Source of the DNA: Giardia intestinalis
Taxonomy: Eukaryota
DNA: 64,000 nucleotides
Assembly: GCA_000002435.2 (NCBI GenBank)
Contig: CM018789.1
Direction: 5' to 3' (one strand)
The notes under the pieces are model-generated. The model was not told the DNA's origin and ran no database searches. It saw only the letters and a list, made by a program, of their open reading frames with translations. Shown piece by piece: positions 40,673 to 52,700 of the stretch (position 1 is the first letter of the stretch; every line of letters begins with the position of its first letter). Position numbers and translations under genes: made by a program.

Positions 40673-42334
40673 ATGGCTCAGCGCATCAACGGAGCCCAGC
40701 TGCTCGGCGTTTCTCAGGACGAGAATGGCAACCCAGTTTACCTGATGCGCGAGGGAACAGAGAAGAAGCGTGCACGAGGTCTGGAAGCCCATAAATCCAA
40801 TATCACCATCGCACGTGCTCTTGCGAATACCCTCCGAACATCCCTTGGGCCTAGGGGAATGGATAAGATCCTTGTTTCGGGAGACCGTGAACTAACAATT
40901 ACTAACGATGGAGCGACAATTCTAGAGAGGATGGAGGTAGACAACCACATTGCTCGCTTGTTAGTGGACCTGTCCAAATGTCAAGACAATGAAATAGGAG
41001 ACGGGACAACGGGTGTTGTGGTGCTTGCAGGAAGTCTCTTGGAGCACGCCGAGACCCTCTTAGACAAGGGCATACATCCCATAAGGATTTCTGACGGCTA
41101 TGACATGGCCTGCGACGTGGCGATCAAGCACTTGGAGAGTATAGCTACCACGTACTCGTTCTCAGCAGATAATAAGGAGCCTCTAATCAAGGCTGCCATG
41201 ACCTCCCTTGGCTCCAAGGTCATAAATAGGTATCACCGCACAATGGCAGAAGTCGCTGTTGATGCAGTCTTCCGCGTGGCAGATCTGCAGCGCAATGATG
41301 TCGACTTCGAGCTGATCAAGGTGCGCTCTAAGATTGGAGGGAAATTAGAGGACATAAAGATCATTAATGGGTTTCTAATAGATCAGGAGATGTCTCACCC
41401 CGGGATGCGTAAGAGCGTCAGTCACGCTAAGATTGCCGTGCTCACATGTCCGTTTGAACCGCCGAAACCAAAGACGACGTACAAGATAGATGTAGATTCT
41501 GTTGAGAAGTATAACACTCTCTACAGAGAGGAGCAGCAGTTCTTCATAAATATGATTGAGCATTTGAAGGAAGCAGGTGCAAACTTCGTTGTTTGCCAAT
41601 GGGGCTTTGATGACGAGGCCAATCATCTGCTCATGCAGAACGACATAAACGCTGTGCGCTGGGTGAAGGGTGAGGATATAGAGGCCATTGCTCTTATTAC
41701 AGGCGCTAGAATTATTCCTCGCTTTGAAGATATCTCCTCTGACAAGCTCGGCTACGCAGAGATTGTGCGCGAAGTGAGCCTAGGAACATCTTCAGATAAA
41801 GTTATGATATTTGAAGGTCTGCAACCCCAACAAACAACCGCGGATAGTGTGCCTCACATGATATCGACTGTCTTTATACGTGGTGGTAACAATATGATTA
41901 TCGAGGAGGCCCGTAGGTCGCTTCACGACGCCATGTGTGTCGTCCGAAACCTCATTCGGGACCCTCGCGTCATCTATGGAGGCGGATCAGCCGAAATTTC
42001 ATGTTCCCTTGCAATTGCTGAGGCAGCTGAGCACGTGGGGACTGTTGAGCAATATGCCCTGAGGGCCTTCTCGGAGGCGTTGGACATCATCCCTCTTACG
42101 CTGGCTCGTAATTCAAGCATTCAACCAATAGAAACCCTGGCTATGGTAAAGGCTGCACAGAAGAAGACAGGGAGCCACCACCTCGGAATAGATTGCATGC
42201 AGCGCAACACTATTGACATGAAGGAGCAGAGTGTCTTTGAAACGCTGTCGAGCAAAGTGCAGCAACTTCTGCTGGCCACACAGGTCGTCCGCATGATCCT
42301 CAAGATCGATGAAGTCATCACCGACGAGGTCTGA
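40673..42334 (+). CDS. CCT5: T-complex protein 1 (CCT/TRiC) subunit epsilon
   Basis: Near-colinear match to CCT5: LGPRGMDKILV...TNDGATILERMEVDNHIARLLVDLSKCQDNEIGDGTTGVVVLAGSLLEHAETLLDKGIHPIRISDGY...VDFELIKV...CPFEPPKPKT...CQWGFDDEANHLLMQN...VRWV...IRGGNNMIIEEARRSLHDAMCVVRNLIRDPRVIYGGGSAEISC...VVRMILKIDEV. Confidence 0.85.
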   Translation: MAQRINGAQLLGVSQDENGNPVYLMREGTEKKRARGLEAHKSNITIARALANTLRTSLGPRGMDKILVSGDRELTITNDGATILERMEVDNHIARLLVDLSKCQDNEIGDGTTGVVVLAGSLLEHAETLLDKGIHPIRISDGYDMACDVAIKHLESIATTYSFSADNKEPLIKAAMTSLGSKVINRYHRTMAEVAVDAVFRVADLQRNDVDFELIKVRSKIGGKLEDIKIINGFLIDQEMSHPGMRKSVSHAKIAVLTCPFEPPKPKTTYKIDVDSVEKYNTLYREEQQFFINMIEHLKEAGANFVVCQWGFDDEANHLLMQNDINAVRWVKGEDIEAIALITGARIIPRFEDISSDKLGYAEIVREVSLGTSSDKVMIFEGLQPQQTTADSVPHMISTVFIRGGNNMIIEEARRSLHDAMCVVRNLIRDPRVIYGGGSAEISCSLAIAEAAEHVGTVEQYALRAFSEALDIIPLTLARNSSIQPIETLAMVKAAQKKTGSHHLGIDCMQRNTIDMKEQSVFETLSSKVQQLLLATQVVRMILKIDEVITDEV

Positions 42335-42412
42335 ACACGAGGCCGCTGAGTTGTAAATAACCATTTTAAATTCACTTCTTCGGCTGTGGCGACTTGTTTT
42401 TTTGAATTCGCC

Positions 42413-42877
42413 ATGACAACGATCGTTCAGCCCAACGACTACAGGGACCTCTTGCGTATGTTTAACACAAACATCCAGGGCAAGGTCGTACTTGAGTGTG
42501 CCCTTGTCGGAATTAAGGGGATTGGGCGCCGCTTTGCCAATGTTGCCCTCAAGAAAGCCAACATTGACGTTCACAAACGCGCTGGTGAGCTCACAGCGGC
42601 CGAGGAGGATGCTCTCATGAAGGTCCTTGAGGACCCCCTCTCCCACGGCATTCCAGCCTGGATGCTTAATCGTAACAATGATTTTGAATCTGGCAAAGAC
42701 ATGCACATTCTGGTCAATACCATAGCCTCTACCCACCGTGCGGACTTGGAGCGTCTCCGTAAAACTCGCTGCGAGCGCGGTGTCCGCCACCACCACAACC
42801 TGAAGGTTCGCGGGCAGCACACAAAGTCCACTGGTCGCCGTGGCCATGTCGTCGGTGTCCAGCGCAAGAAGAAGTAA
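42413..42877 (+). CDS. RPS18: 40S ribosomal protein S18 (uS13)
   Basis: LRMFNTNIQGKVVLECALVGIKGIGRRFANVALKKANIDVHKRAGELT...IPAWMLNRNNDFESGKD...LERLRKTRCERGVRHHHNLKVRGQHTKSTGRRGHVVGVQRKK matches RPS18; ORF-track GTG start 42386 replaced by ATG 42413. Confidence 0.85.
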   Translation: MTTIVQPNDYRDLLRMFNTNIQGKVVLECALVGIKGIGRRFANVALKKANIDVHKRAGELTAAEEDALMKVLEDPLSHGIPAWMLNRNNDFESGKDMHILVNTIASTHRADLERLRKTRCERGVRHHHNLKVRGQHTKSTGRRGHVVGVQRKKK

Positions 42878-42879
42878 AC
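42873..42879 (+). promoter_or_regulatory. polyadenylation signal AGTAAAC overlapping RPS18 stop
   Basis: AGTRAAY consensus overlapping TAA. Confidence 0.5.
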
Positions 42880-42969
42880 GGGAGCTGGCTGCCGGCTGTG
42901 TCATTTACAGTATAGTGTTCTGGTCTAGCGCAGTTGGCTAGAGAGGCCTCCGGGTCTTCAATAGCACCC

Positions 42970-43995
42970 TCAGGTCGAGACCTGGATTCCTGATCTGTGT
43001 CGAATCTCATTTATTATATCTTGCACAGTACCTGTGTTCTGGCTCAACATTCCTAGTGCAGGGTGAGAAACTGGGGTTTGAACGATGCTATTGGGCACGT
43101 AACTCTTTCGCATAACCGAGGATGTCGTGTCTCCTGTGGAAGAGGATTTGTAGAGGTTTGGCTGTCTAGATGTGGCTGAATAGGTCAGTGCACTCAGGTT
43201 TGTTTGACCGCTCTCCACCACGTCATAAAGGTTCTGCACAGAGTTAGGTCTGTGGCTGTTTTGAGTACTCATATCTAACGAAATCATCCCAGGTCGTGCC
43301 GCCCGCTGGTTGTAAGCTGCAGGGTAAACATCGTTAGCTTCTGATGCATTGTGCTGAATCAAATTTGAGGGTCTAATTGTAGCTTGGTTGGGTGGGAAGG
43401 GGGCCGTGTGGGCAGAGAGGTTCGTGATAGACTTGTTGATACTATCTAATGAGCTTTCAAGGTTCCGTAATCGTACTTCTGCGTACGTCTGATCATAGAG
43501 AGACTTCTGGAACTCTATAAGCCTCATTGTTACCTTCTCGTTTATGATCTTCTCCAGTTGATCGTGAGATAGAATAATCATATTATGCGTTGGAAGCGCT
43601 TGCCCCAACTTAATGTCCGGGGTATCCTGTTCTGGCCCACAGCTCTGTACCGGAGTCGCACCCTGGGGGCGATCGCTGGCCGGAGATGTGCTACTCGATA
43701 CACCTCTGTGAATATTGGTTATAAGTACTTCTAATTTGTCTTCTAAAGCATGCAGACGAGCTTCTAATCCAGACCGCATTTGATTTATGCTCTCTACTGC
43801 ATCATGTATGTAATCGCTTGAGTCATGATGCAGCGCAGGCGTTTCTACAACCATTGGTGTTTGATAAGCAACGACATTTCCTACTGTAACCCCCTGGGGA
43901 AGAAAGTCGTTACTTATAAGAGTCACTGGAGAGTGCGCTGAGCCTGGCTGGTACGCAGACTCATCCAAATTAAGAGAGTCGTCAAAGTTGGACAT
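42970..43995 (-). CDS. hypothetical protein (341 aa, Ser/Thr/Asn/Gln-rich ends with central coiled coil)
   Basis: ATG-initiated ORF, no family recognised. Confidence 0.4.
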   Translation of the reverse strand: MSNFDDSLNLDESAYQPGSAHSPVTLISNDFLPQGVTVGNVVAYQTPMVVETPALHHDSSDYIHDAVESINQMRSGLEARLHALEDKLEVLITNIHRGVSSSTSPASDRPQGATPVQSCGPEQDTPDIKLGQALPTHNMIILSHDQLEKIINEKVTMRLIEFQKSLYDQTYAEVRLRNLESSLDSINKSITNLSAHTAPFPPNQATIRPSNLIQHNASEANDVYPAAYNQRAARPGMISLDMSTQNSHRPNSVQNLYDVVESGQTNLSALTYSATSRQPNLYKSSSTGDTTSSVMRKSYVPNSIVQTPVSHPALGMLSQNTGTVQDIINEIRHRSGIQVST

Positions 43996-44127
43996 TAAAT
44001 TTCAAATTATTCACAGTTAAAGTTTATTAGAGTTTGCTTGCACTCCAAAATAAGAGGGCTGGTCAAGGCTCCCCTAGCCGAGTTGCTAAAGAGAAAGATA
44101 GATGAGTGGTCGTTTATAATTAAGGAT

Positions 44128-46668
44128 ATGCCACGAATTGGCTTCTCAGGAGATTTGTTTTCAATTGGTAGAATGATCTTTAGCCAATTAGCATATGCAC
44201 AGGTTCCTTTTAATGTTTCGGACACACAGCTTCAAATGCTTTTCGACTTTTGTGGTGCGAATACCTATTCTACGGGATCACCGCCCGAAACCGTGGTGCG
44301 TTCGATAGAAGCTATTGGCACTCTTTCACTTCACAACTACTCCCCAGAGGTGGTTGCTAATATGGCCCCAATTTTCCCAGCAGTCAGAGAGCTAACAATA
44401 GCAATATACACTCCTTGTTTTGACGAGATTCTTGCCCTTTTAGTTGAAAATCGACACAATCTATCTCACTTAAAGGAATTCAAAATACTAAACAATCGGA
44501 TACTAAGAAAGGAAACCAAGCAGTTAGGTACTCTTCTAGAAAGTCTCACTCGGTTGGAAGTCCTAGTCTTAGATAACTGTGGGCTTTATGACTATGATAT
44601 AGACCACCTTCTTCCGGCTATTTCATGGAGCACTGTCACATATATATCACTAAGCAGAAACAACCTGACAACTCATACCCTAGAGAACATCTTGACCATG
44701 GTGAGAGATCGACGCGGATGCATTCCTCTCAGCTTCTCTCTTCAAGACCTAGACACTGAGTCTGCAGCTACCACTATTCAAGCACTCAGAGTCTTTACTA
44801 ACTCGTCTATGTTGTATTCTAAGCAATCCATCTTTCGAGAGTTTCGATTGTCTTGCAAACAGGACTTTTTACAACACACGTGGTCGATTGTCAAGGAACG
44901 CATGCATATAGACCTATCTCGCTTTGAGGCTTCAGATGCACTAGCTCCTGATCTAGGGCTTTTTATCTATGAGTGGCTTCGTCTAGCTAGTGTTTCTTAT
45001 GGAGGCCTATCAGAGGCAACCATATGTCTCAGTGGTAGAGTGACATCATCTATACGCGGAACCTCAAATGCCTTGTCCATCTATGGATTGTATTTATTGT
45101 GTCATCGAAATCTCAACGAGCTCGGTCTCTTCATATCTTTAGATTGTACTAATTGTAGTCTTGAGTTTGATGCTAAAAAACTGGGGCTTCCACCTGATGC
45201 AATCCCCCAATTAATGCGCCGGTTGAAGATCAATCTTGCTACCTCTCTAATTTGTTTATCATTGTCAGATTGTGATTTGTTCGAACGTTGGAAGCGCCGA
45301 GATACACAAGAGTTTATCTCATTTCTCAGTGATTGCAAGCATCTGAAGCGACTGGATTTGCGGTACAATGAGTTCAATAAGGAATTTAATGTTCTATTTT
45401 GCAAAGAGTTAGAAGATATTGAGTTTATTCCCTTTCTTGACACGTTAGAAGTCGATATGCTAATTGATCTAACTACGCTTTCCATAAGCTTACAGAGACG
45501 ATATTCCCAATATGTAGTAAGATACCTAGATGAGGGAGACACTATATTCAAGCGGCTTGTTCGAGGGCCGGTGGTTCTTTCATGTGGCTCACAGACTAGA
45601 GGAAATAAAGTTCCTATCGCGATAATGAGGATGATCTTATTGAATGGGAACATTGTGTCATCCGCGTTTACACAAAGGTTGGAACGCTCTTTGTTTGATA
45701 GTCATGCAGCTACTCTGCAAAAAATCCTTGGTAAAGTTTTCTACTCTCCATTAAAGTCCATTAGTTTTAGACAATCCATCTCACCCGGTGCTATTCTGAA
45801 GCCAGTAAGTATTAGTCTTTGGAAGTACACGGACAGCTCTATACTAGGAAATACAATGAAGGATATGATCAAAACCAGCCTATCCACTCGAGCAGCCATC
45901 TTGGTAAGGACTGAGATCGTACGCACTGGACGTTACAATTATGAATCCGGTAGACTATATCTACAAGAGGCGAACTATAGATCCCTAACACTTGAATCAT
46001 TCCTTGAACTAGTGTATGAGAAGGATTTTGCAGCTTTCAATCCACAGCTTCTGCACATTGATTTCAGTCATAACTCGTTTACAAAGGCCGATGTTCAAGG
46101 GCTTATCAGGACACTTTCACTACTTACAACATTACATGCATTAATTCTCTCTGATTGCTCTCTTTCCGATAAGACCTGTGCACATATTCTTGAGAGCCTC
46201 CCTAGTCTGCTGGAATGCACCGATCTTTGGTACATAGATATCTCTGAGAATATGTTTGGGGGCCTTACAGCACATGCCCTCTCAAACTTTTTGCAACAGT
46301 ATCTTATGGTAGGACAGAGGCAGATAATTTTGAACCTTAGATTGAAACCAGGATATAGATTCTTATACGCACCACAGATTTTGTTATCAGCTGACGATAA
46401 TATCAATGAGACTCTGAATCGTAAAATCCTTATATGGCTAATTATGTCTAGGGATGCTCTTTTGTTATTTTCAGTAGATGATATAACAAACCTCAAACAA
46501 AGAGGTATAAATATCCTGTCAGTAGTTTCTCCTATAGGCCGCTTTTACGATCATAAGTATAGCATCATAACTCCTTACTTGTTAAGAGAATTGGGCTTAC
46601 CTGATTATTCATTTTCTTGGGACTCGGCGAGGAACATATACGAACACTTCATGCACAACTGTGCATAG
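44128..46668 (+). CDS. leucine-rich repeat protein (ribonuclease-inhibitor-like LRRs)
   Basis: Repeated L..L..L.L..N.L motifs (LSHLKEFKILNNRI, LTRLEVLVLDNCGLYDYDIDHLL, LSRNNLT, LKRLDLRYNEF, LHIDFSHNSFT, LTTLHALILSDCSL); start reset from TTG 44038 to ATG 44128. Confidence 0.55.
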   Translation: MPRIGFSGDLFSIGRMIFSQLAYAQVPFNVSDTQLQMLFDFCGANTYSTGSPPETVVRSIEAIGTLSLHNYSPEVVANMAPIFPAVRELTIAIYTPCFDEILALLVENRHNLSHLKEFKILNNRILRKETKQLGTLLESLTRLEVLVLDNCGLYDYDIDHLLPAISWSTVTYISLSRNNLTTHTLENILTMVRDRRGCIPLSFSLQDLDTESAATTIQALRVFTNSSMLYSKQSIFREFRLSCKQDFLQHTWSIVKERMHIDLSRFEASDALAPDLGLFIYEWLRLASVSYGGLSEATICLSGRVTSSIRGTSNALSIYGLYLLCHRNLNELGLFISLDCTNCSLEFDAKKLGLPPDAIPQLMRRLKINLATSLICLSLSDCDLFERWKRRDTQEFISFLSDCKHLKRLDLRYNEFNKEFNVLFCKELEDIEFIPFLDTLEVDMLIDLTTLSISLQRRYSQYVVRYLDEGDTIFKRLVRGPVVLSCGSQTRGNKVPIAIMRMILLNGNIVSSAFTQRLERSLFDSHAATLQKILGKVFYSPLKSISFRQSISPGAILKPVSISLWKYTDSSILGNTMKDMIKTSLSTRAAILVRTEIVRTGRYNYESGRLYLQEANYRSLTLESFLELVYEKDFAAFNPQLLHIDFSHNSFTKADVQGLIRTLSLLTTLHALILSDCSLSDKTCAHILESLPSLLECTDLWYIDISENMFGGLTAHALSNFLQQYLMVGQRQIILNLRLKPGYRFLYAPQILLSADDNINETLNRKILIWLIMSRDALLLFSVDDITNLKQRGINILSVVSPIGRFYDHKYSIITPYLLRELGLPDYSFSWDSARNIYEHFMHNCA

Positions 46669-49600
46669 GTAGTGCTGGTCTCTGGGTCCAGACCGGCTGC
46701 GATGTCTGTAACGCTCGGGCCCGTCGCACACAGGCAACGTTCTCGGCTCCCCTATCAAGGATGCCCTGTGGCAAGTAGCGGATGTCCGCCTCCTGAGGTC
46801 TAGCCAGAACATGCTAGGACCGGTGTCTACGCGTGCCCCGGGCTGCCTGCATATGGATGCGCGCTTTCTGCCCGGCGAGTCTGCACAAGCAAGGAAAGCT
46901 AGACAGATTCCATCGTCCGCCTGCATGAACTGTGCATGTGCCCATGTCCTTCGAGCAAGAAGCCTGCAAGAGCTCCCTAGACATCACCGCACTCTCCGAG
47001 CATTGGACTGTGTACCCAAAAAGCAACAGTCCCTGCATGTTCGGCATACAGCTCCCCTGTTATCGTTTGGTCGTAGAGTAAAGGCAGATGACCCCGTCGA
47101 TGATTCGTCCATCTGTCTGTTGCTTCCGGCCTTGTAGTGTTACAACTCCTGTATACGAGTGTGGACCGAAGCTCGTGCAGGCAAGCCTGCTCCATTTATC
47201 GTTTGTCCTATGACGAAGGCAGGTCGGTATGTGGATTAGAGACCATCGCCCCGGGCGGAGCTGGTATCTTCCAGTAGATTTCCCGCCTGTACAAGTTCTC
47301 GAGCAGAGAGCGAGCGCCCTGGCCACAACTGTGTAGAATGTTATCGAGGAAGGGTCCAGCAAAGAAGAACGGCTCTAGCGCGGCGCAAACTATGAGTGTG
47401 TCTAAGTACTGCAGGTTAGGACGATCTATCACGGCATGATTGTTGGTGTCTGTTCTTTGTCTAAAGAGGAAACTCACCAAGAGCTGGGAGTCAGACACAC
47501 ACTTGTCAACTAGTGTAGGGTAGTAGACATAGTCATCATCATTCATCAGGTGGATTATTGCGATAAGAGCTGAGGAGGTATGAACAACATGCTCCCAGTT
47601 ATCTACAGAGCAAACAGTTTTCCTCGCTTTCAGATTGCAGAAGCACTTCAGAGGGCTCTAGCAAGCATTGAAAAACTGTCACTCTTGAGATTGTGTTAAT
47701 ACCTATATGACAGCCAAGCTAGCAGACACGGCAGCGTTGATCAAACGAAGCTTTGGGAATGTGGCCACTCAGTACGATTATTGTTGTCAACCTACTTCTA
47801 ATTGGCGGTGGTGCTTTTCCCAAGTCAAGCTAAAATGATTAAGAAAAAGACTAGTCACGAACAAATTATAGCCGAAGGCCACCCTGAGATGACGAGAAGG
47901 ATACACGACTGAATAACGATAGAGACGCATAGTGTGGGGGACGAAGGTACTGTCTGAAGCTCCAAGAAGACCCATTAGAACCAGGGCATAAATTGGCGAG
48001 GAGTCCCACAGCTTAATCACCGACCTATCTCTGTCTTCGGATATATCGGTAGATAAAGCGTGTTTATCCTTAGGACTCTTGGCTTACGTCTGTAAGCGGG
48101 CTCTGGCAATTCAATATGCAAGGTTCTTTTCTAGCATGACATACTGTACCTCATGTGACGCTTAAGCATGGCCCCTTTTACGTCTCTTTAGGTCGCAACA
48201 TCTGGACGGACCTGTGAACATGTGTACTAAGATGTAGCATCAAGGCATCTTCGAGTCAAAGGCTGTATCTGTGTGAGATTGACGCAGCTTTTAAGAAAAG
48301 TGTCGGCACTCTTGCTAACTACCTAGCTAAAGGAAGAGGGCAACGACTACAAGCGATATGACAGCTCCTGTTTTTGGTATTGAACCCCGGTTAACGTTCT
48401 CTGTTAGTGATTTGCTACAAGGGAAGGCACCGGGACTTCTTCTAATACCACACTTGTTTGCTCTATGTTTATCTGGTCATCACAAAAGTCTGTTGATACG
48501 TATATTTAAGCTATAAGGTAGCGTCATGGTGTGTTGAACAACAAATTCATTGTCCATGCCAAGGTGAATGGCCTCCATCAATAGGCGTTCGCTCTGCTCT
48601 GTCGCCTCACTTATACGAAGAGAACTGTGCTCCGTCTGTGGTTTCTAAAGTCAAGGTCACTTTACAATTCAGCATCTTACTTCATGGTTTTTTAGATTAC
48701 AGCCATTGTACTATGGTGCAGCAGAAGGAACCGTATGCTATGTCACAGGGCCCCTGGTAACAGGGTGCTTTGGAATATCGTTATCTTGACCGTGTCCCGA
48801 TACTAGATGGGCTCCAGTTTAACTATCTAAGCAACGCCTGCTCATATCATCTACCATTTATCTGCACATTCATTGAGGGGCCTGACTGGCACAATAAGGA
48901 ATGCTTCCGTAGCAGTTGAGAGTGCACGTTAGCCTTGCTTAGCAAATACCTGGTGTGGAAACAACATAGACTCGAGGTGGATGCTTGTGGGGTAAAAGGG
49001 CCTGGAAAGATAGATAATAATATCTTCGAATGTTTTATCTGCTGAATTGATTGCCAGTCCAAGAAGCTTGACATAGCGAAAGTCCCTCCATTCCCTTACT
49101 GTGTTCGTGGAAGTGACTATGTCTTCGACGTGACATAGGCCGAACTCCAGCTCTGTATCACATACATCGATAGGACAGACAGAGCATACACCAGAGATTT
49201 ATCACAACACATAGTTTCAAGAGCTTGTAGAAATCGTCCTTGCGAGTTAGCTATTTCAACCTTCTACGCATTTAAAGAGACAGGCCACTTGTGTGGGGAG
49301 TCGGACACCAGCTATTGGTAAGATAACTGTAAAAGAAGCTATAGCGACTTCAATTGTAGTGATCTTGCTCAGAATTTTCTTGGATGCATAAGGTGCTTTA
49401 CCTTTCCTTGAAACCATAGAAACCCATCGCTGAACTCCAAGCTAGATGGCTTCTGGCGCGGAATTCTATGTGATGATCATACATATGTAAATCGTCTATG
49501 GTAGGCTGGCGCGAACCAGAGCAAAAGCCATGCTGTTTAGGCTCACGGTGCCAGTGATGATATAATCTACTGTATAAGCCGATCAACGGATTCTTTCACG

Positions 49601-49723
49601 GTGTTCTAGCCACAGGCGCCTGGAGTTATAGATCTAAGCCTGAGCCGCAGCCGGAGAGCCCGTCACGCGAGACGAAGTAAAACTAAGGTCATACTTCACG
49701 GCAATTTACTTCATCCTGCAAAA

Positions 49724-52700
49724 TTATGTGCGCTTGCACAGGAACCACCACAGGAGAAAACTGACCAGGCCTGTGACAAGGAGGATTGCTGTTACGGATA
49801 CCCCGGCTATCATGGCCGTCTTCCTTGCCGAGCTCGGGGCTGGGGCTGGAACCGGATCTGGGACTGGATCTGGGCCGGGCTTGGGCGTCGGAATGATGCT
49901 CGGGAGCGCATCAAAGGAGTAGCAGAGGACGGATCCGACCTTGCCCTCAGGAGGCATGCAGCAAGTGCATCCGTTGACCCCTTTCATGCCGTTGTTGTCC
50001 GCACCGCACGCTGTGCATGTGAACGCCGATCCAGTTGTCGACTGGTAGTACCCTGTGTCACAGAGGGTGCACATCTGCGGATTGTCCGGGGCAATGCAGG
50101 TGACGCAGCCCTGGGCGCATTTCTGGCACTGGCCGTCCACGCTCACATACCCCAGCTTGCACCTCACACAGGCGTCGGCCGTGCATTCGGCGCAGTTTGC
50201 GATCGAGCACTCTTGAAGGATGCCCGACTCGCTGACCATCTTTCCGTGCGCGCCCTTGGTGCACACGCCCCTCTCCTCTGCATGGCAGACGGTGCGTCCA
50301 GGATATGTGTCCACCTGGTAGCATCCTCCCGACAGGAGGAAGTATCCGTCTGCACAACTCGTGCAGGCGCCGTCGACCACAGAGACGCACGCAGACCCTG
50401 CCCGTGCGGAGGGCCCGACGCATTTGCCGTTCAGAGGGAACGCGGTCTGCACGCTGCATACAGAGCAGTAGCTTGCCCCGTCGATGCTCGCGTCGCACCT
50501 CTTGCAGCCGTCGGCTGACGGGGTACACGGTTTCTTGCACTCCCCGACCCCCGATTCAGACGTTACCGCGTAGCCCGACGGGCAAGACACGCAGCTACTG
50601 GGGCCCTTAGCTACGCAGGTGGCGCACGTGCTGTCGCAAGGAGTGCAGACTCCGTTGTCGGAGAAGTACCCGTCCGAGCACACAGCGCAAAAATTACCGG
50701 CTCCACACTCTTTGCAGTTCGAGATCTCACACAGAGCGCACCTTGCGGGGCTCTTCTCCGTGGCATCAAGTGCGTAGTGCCCGGGAATGCTTCTGCAGTT
50801 GTCCACGCAGGTCCCCACACTGGTGAGGAAGAACCCGGGTCCACAACGCCGACACTTCTTGCCCTCAGTACACTCGGCGCAATCTGGGACCGTGCATGAA
50901 CCCATGGTCTTGGTGGTGCATGTGCCTGCCTGATCCAGAACGTACCCGACCATGCAGTGTGTGCACACCTCCCCCTGGTCATCCATCCTGCACCGCTCGC
51001 AGTTCACCGTGGTACAGGGGCGGCAGACGCCGTCTTGGTTCTCATAGCCGGCGGCACATGCATTGCAAAGACCAAGACCGTAGTTGTTTCCATTAACGTA
51101 ACCAGGAACACCTGCCCAGGTACAGATGCTTTTTCCGGGCTCCTTGCTCTCCTGGTAGCAGCCGCCCATGTACAGGAAATACCCCGCACCACACTGAAGA
51201 CAGCTCCGCGCTGAGTCAAAACCTACGCCAGTCACGCAGCCACTGGGGTGTGCGCTTGCCACGTTAGTGCAAATGCCGTCCACAGGCGCGTGTTCATCTG
51301 TTTTGCACAAGCTACAGTACAGCTTCTCGCCTATTCCCACCACGCACGAACCCGCCGCGCAATTGGGGTCCTCACAGTGGGACAGGCACTTGCCACCAAC
51401 TAATACATAGCCAGCTTTGCAAGCGATGCATCTAACCGAGTCACCTTTCGCGCTACATTCTCTACAACCATTAATCCCTTTAGGATTGGTTGTGTCTCCA
51501 CATTCGATGCATTGGCCACGGTTATACCCAGTAAGAACAAAGAAGTGTGTCCGGAGGTGACAAGATGTGCAGTCATTCTCTTCCGAGCCTCTACATGTAG
51601 CGCACCCCTCGCTACAAGGAAGGCATTTGAGAGCGAAGGGGTGTCCATACATCCCATAGCCACATTGCCACGCATCTACGCAAACTCCGATGTTTTTATG
51701 TATGGGCGATAAGTATTTTTTAGGATGACATGTGAGGCATTGCTCTGGACTTTCTCCTACGCATGTCTTACAGTCATTGTGGCATCGTTTGCAAAACCTC
51801 GGATCGTAGTATCCGTCGATGCAGGATTCGCACGTGTTTGTGTCTTGAGCACACGTCTTACAGTACGGGTCCCGGCAGCGTACGCAAATACCTTTATCAT
51901 TCCGAAATCCACTTGCACATGTCTTACATAACCCAATTTCCTCGGGCTTGGTCCCGACTTCTACGCAAACAAAGTTCTTCTCTTCGAGCTCTACCTGATA
52001 ACATCCTCCTTGGTGAAAGAAGAAACCTGGACCACACTTTTCGCAGCGTCCTTTGCTGGCAATGCAGGCGCGTCGGTTATTGGGCGTGAGTTCGGAACAC
52101 ATACCGTTGAGGGGCGCATGTCCTTCTTTGCAGCGAGAGCAGAGAAGCTCATTCCTCCAAACGACGTCACAGGCGTCTGCCTCACAATACTCAGATGGAT
52201 CATCACATTCTTTCCTGCATTGTCCATCAATAAGTAAACGGTTCGACTCGCACTCTGTGCACTCAACCACCCCGGGGGTACTGGGACGAGTGCAAGCCTT
52301 GCAATTTGCTACTCCTTTCCATCCAGCGTGTCCCTGCTCGTCTCCACAGGAAACACACCTCCCCGTTCCATTCTCTGCTGCCAGAAAATAGCCCTCCGAT
52401 TCATTGCAAGAGGTGCAATCTGTTTCATTAGGTCCTTCGCAGGTTTGACACGCACCAGAGCATTTTTTGCATTGTCGCAGCTGAGTAGGGGCTACGTAGA
52501 AGCCAACTCCACACTGAGAGACGCAAACACGCTTGGTTGTTCCCTTAAGATACCCGCGACCACAAACTGCACACGAATCATCAGCCGCACACCTAGGGCA
52601 GTCTGGGATCTCGCATCTGTAGCAAATGTCTCCGTTCGGATTAGGCTTGTGTGTCGAGAGCTTACACTTGACACATAGGGCCACGTCAGGACCCTTAGAC

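Noticed and set aside
42917-42995. tRNA-like segment (TAGCGCAGTTGGCTAGAG... CAGGTCGAGACCTG) between RPS18 and the next gene
   Set aside because: D-arm-like start is present but no acceptable anticodon arm, the T loop would be 6 nt, and the acceptor halves do not pair
46669-46828. GC-rich 160-bp segment with a GGTCT...AGACC hairpin between the LRR gene and duplicon copy 2, considered as a small ncRNA
   Set aside because: No recognisable snRNA/snoRNA box or tRNA structure; cannot be supported from sequence alone
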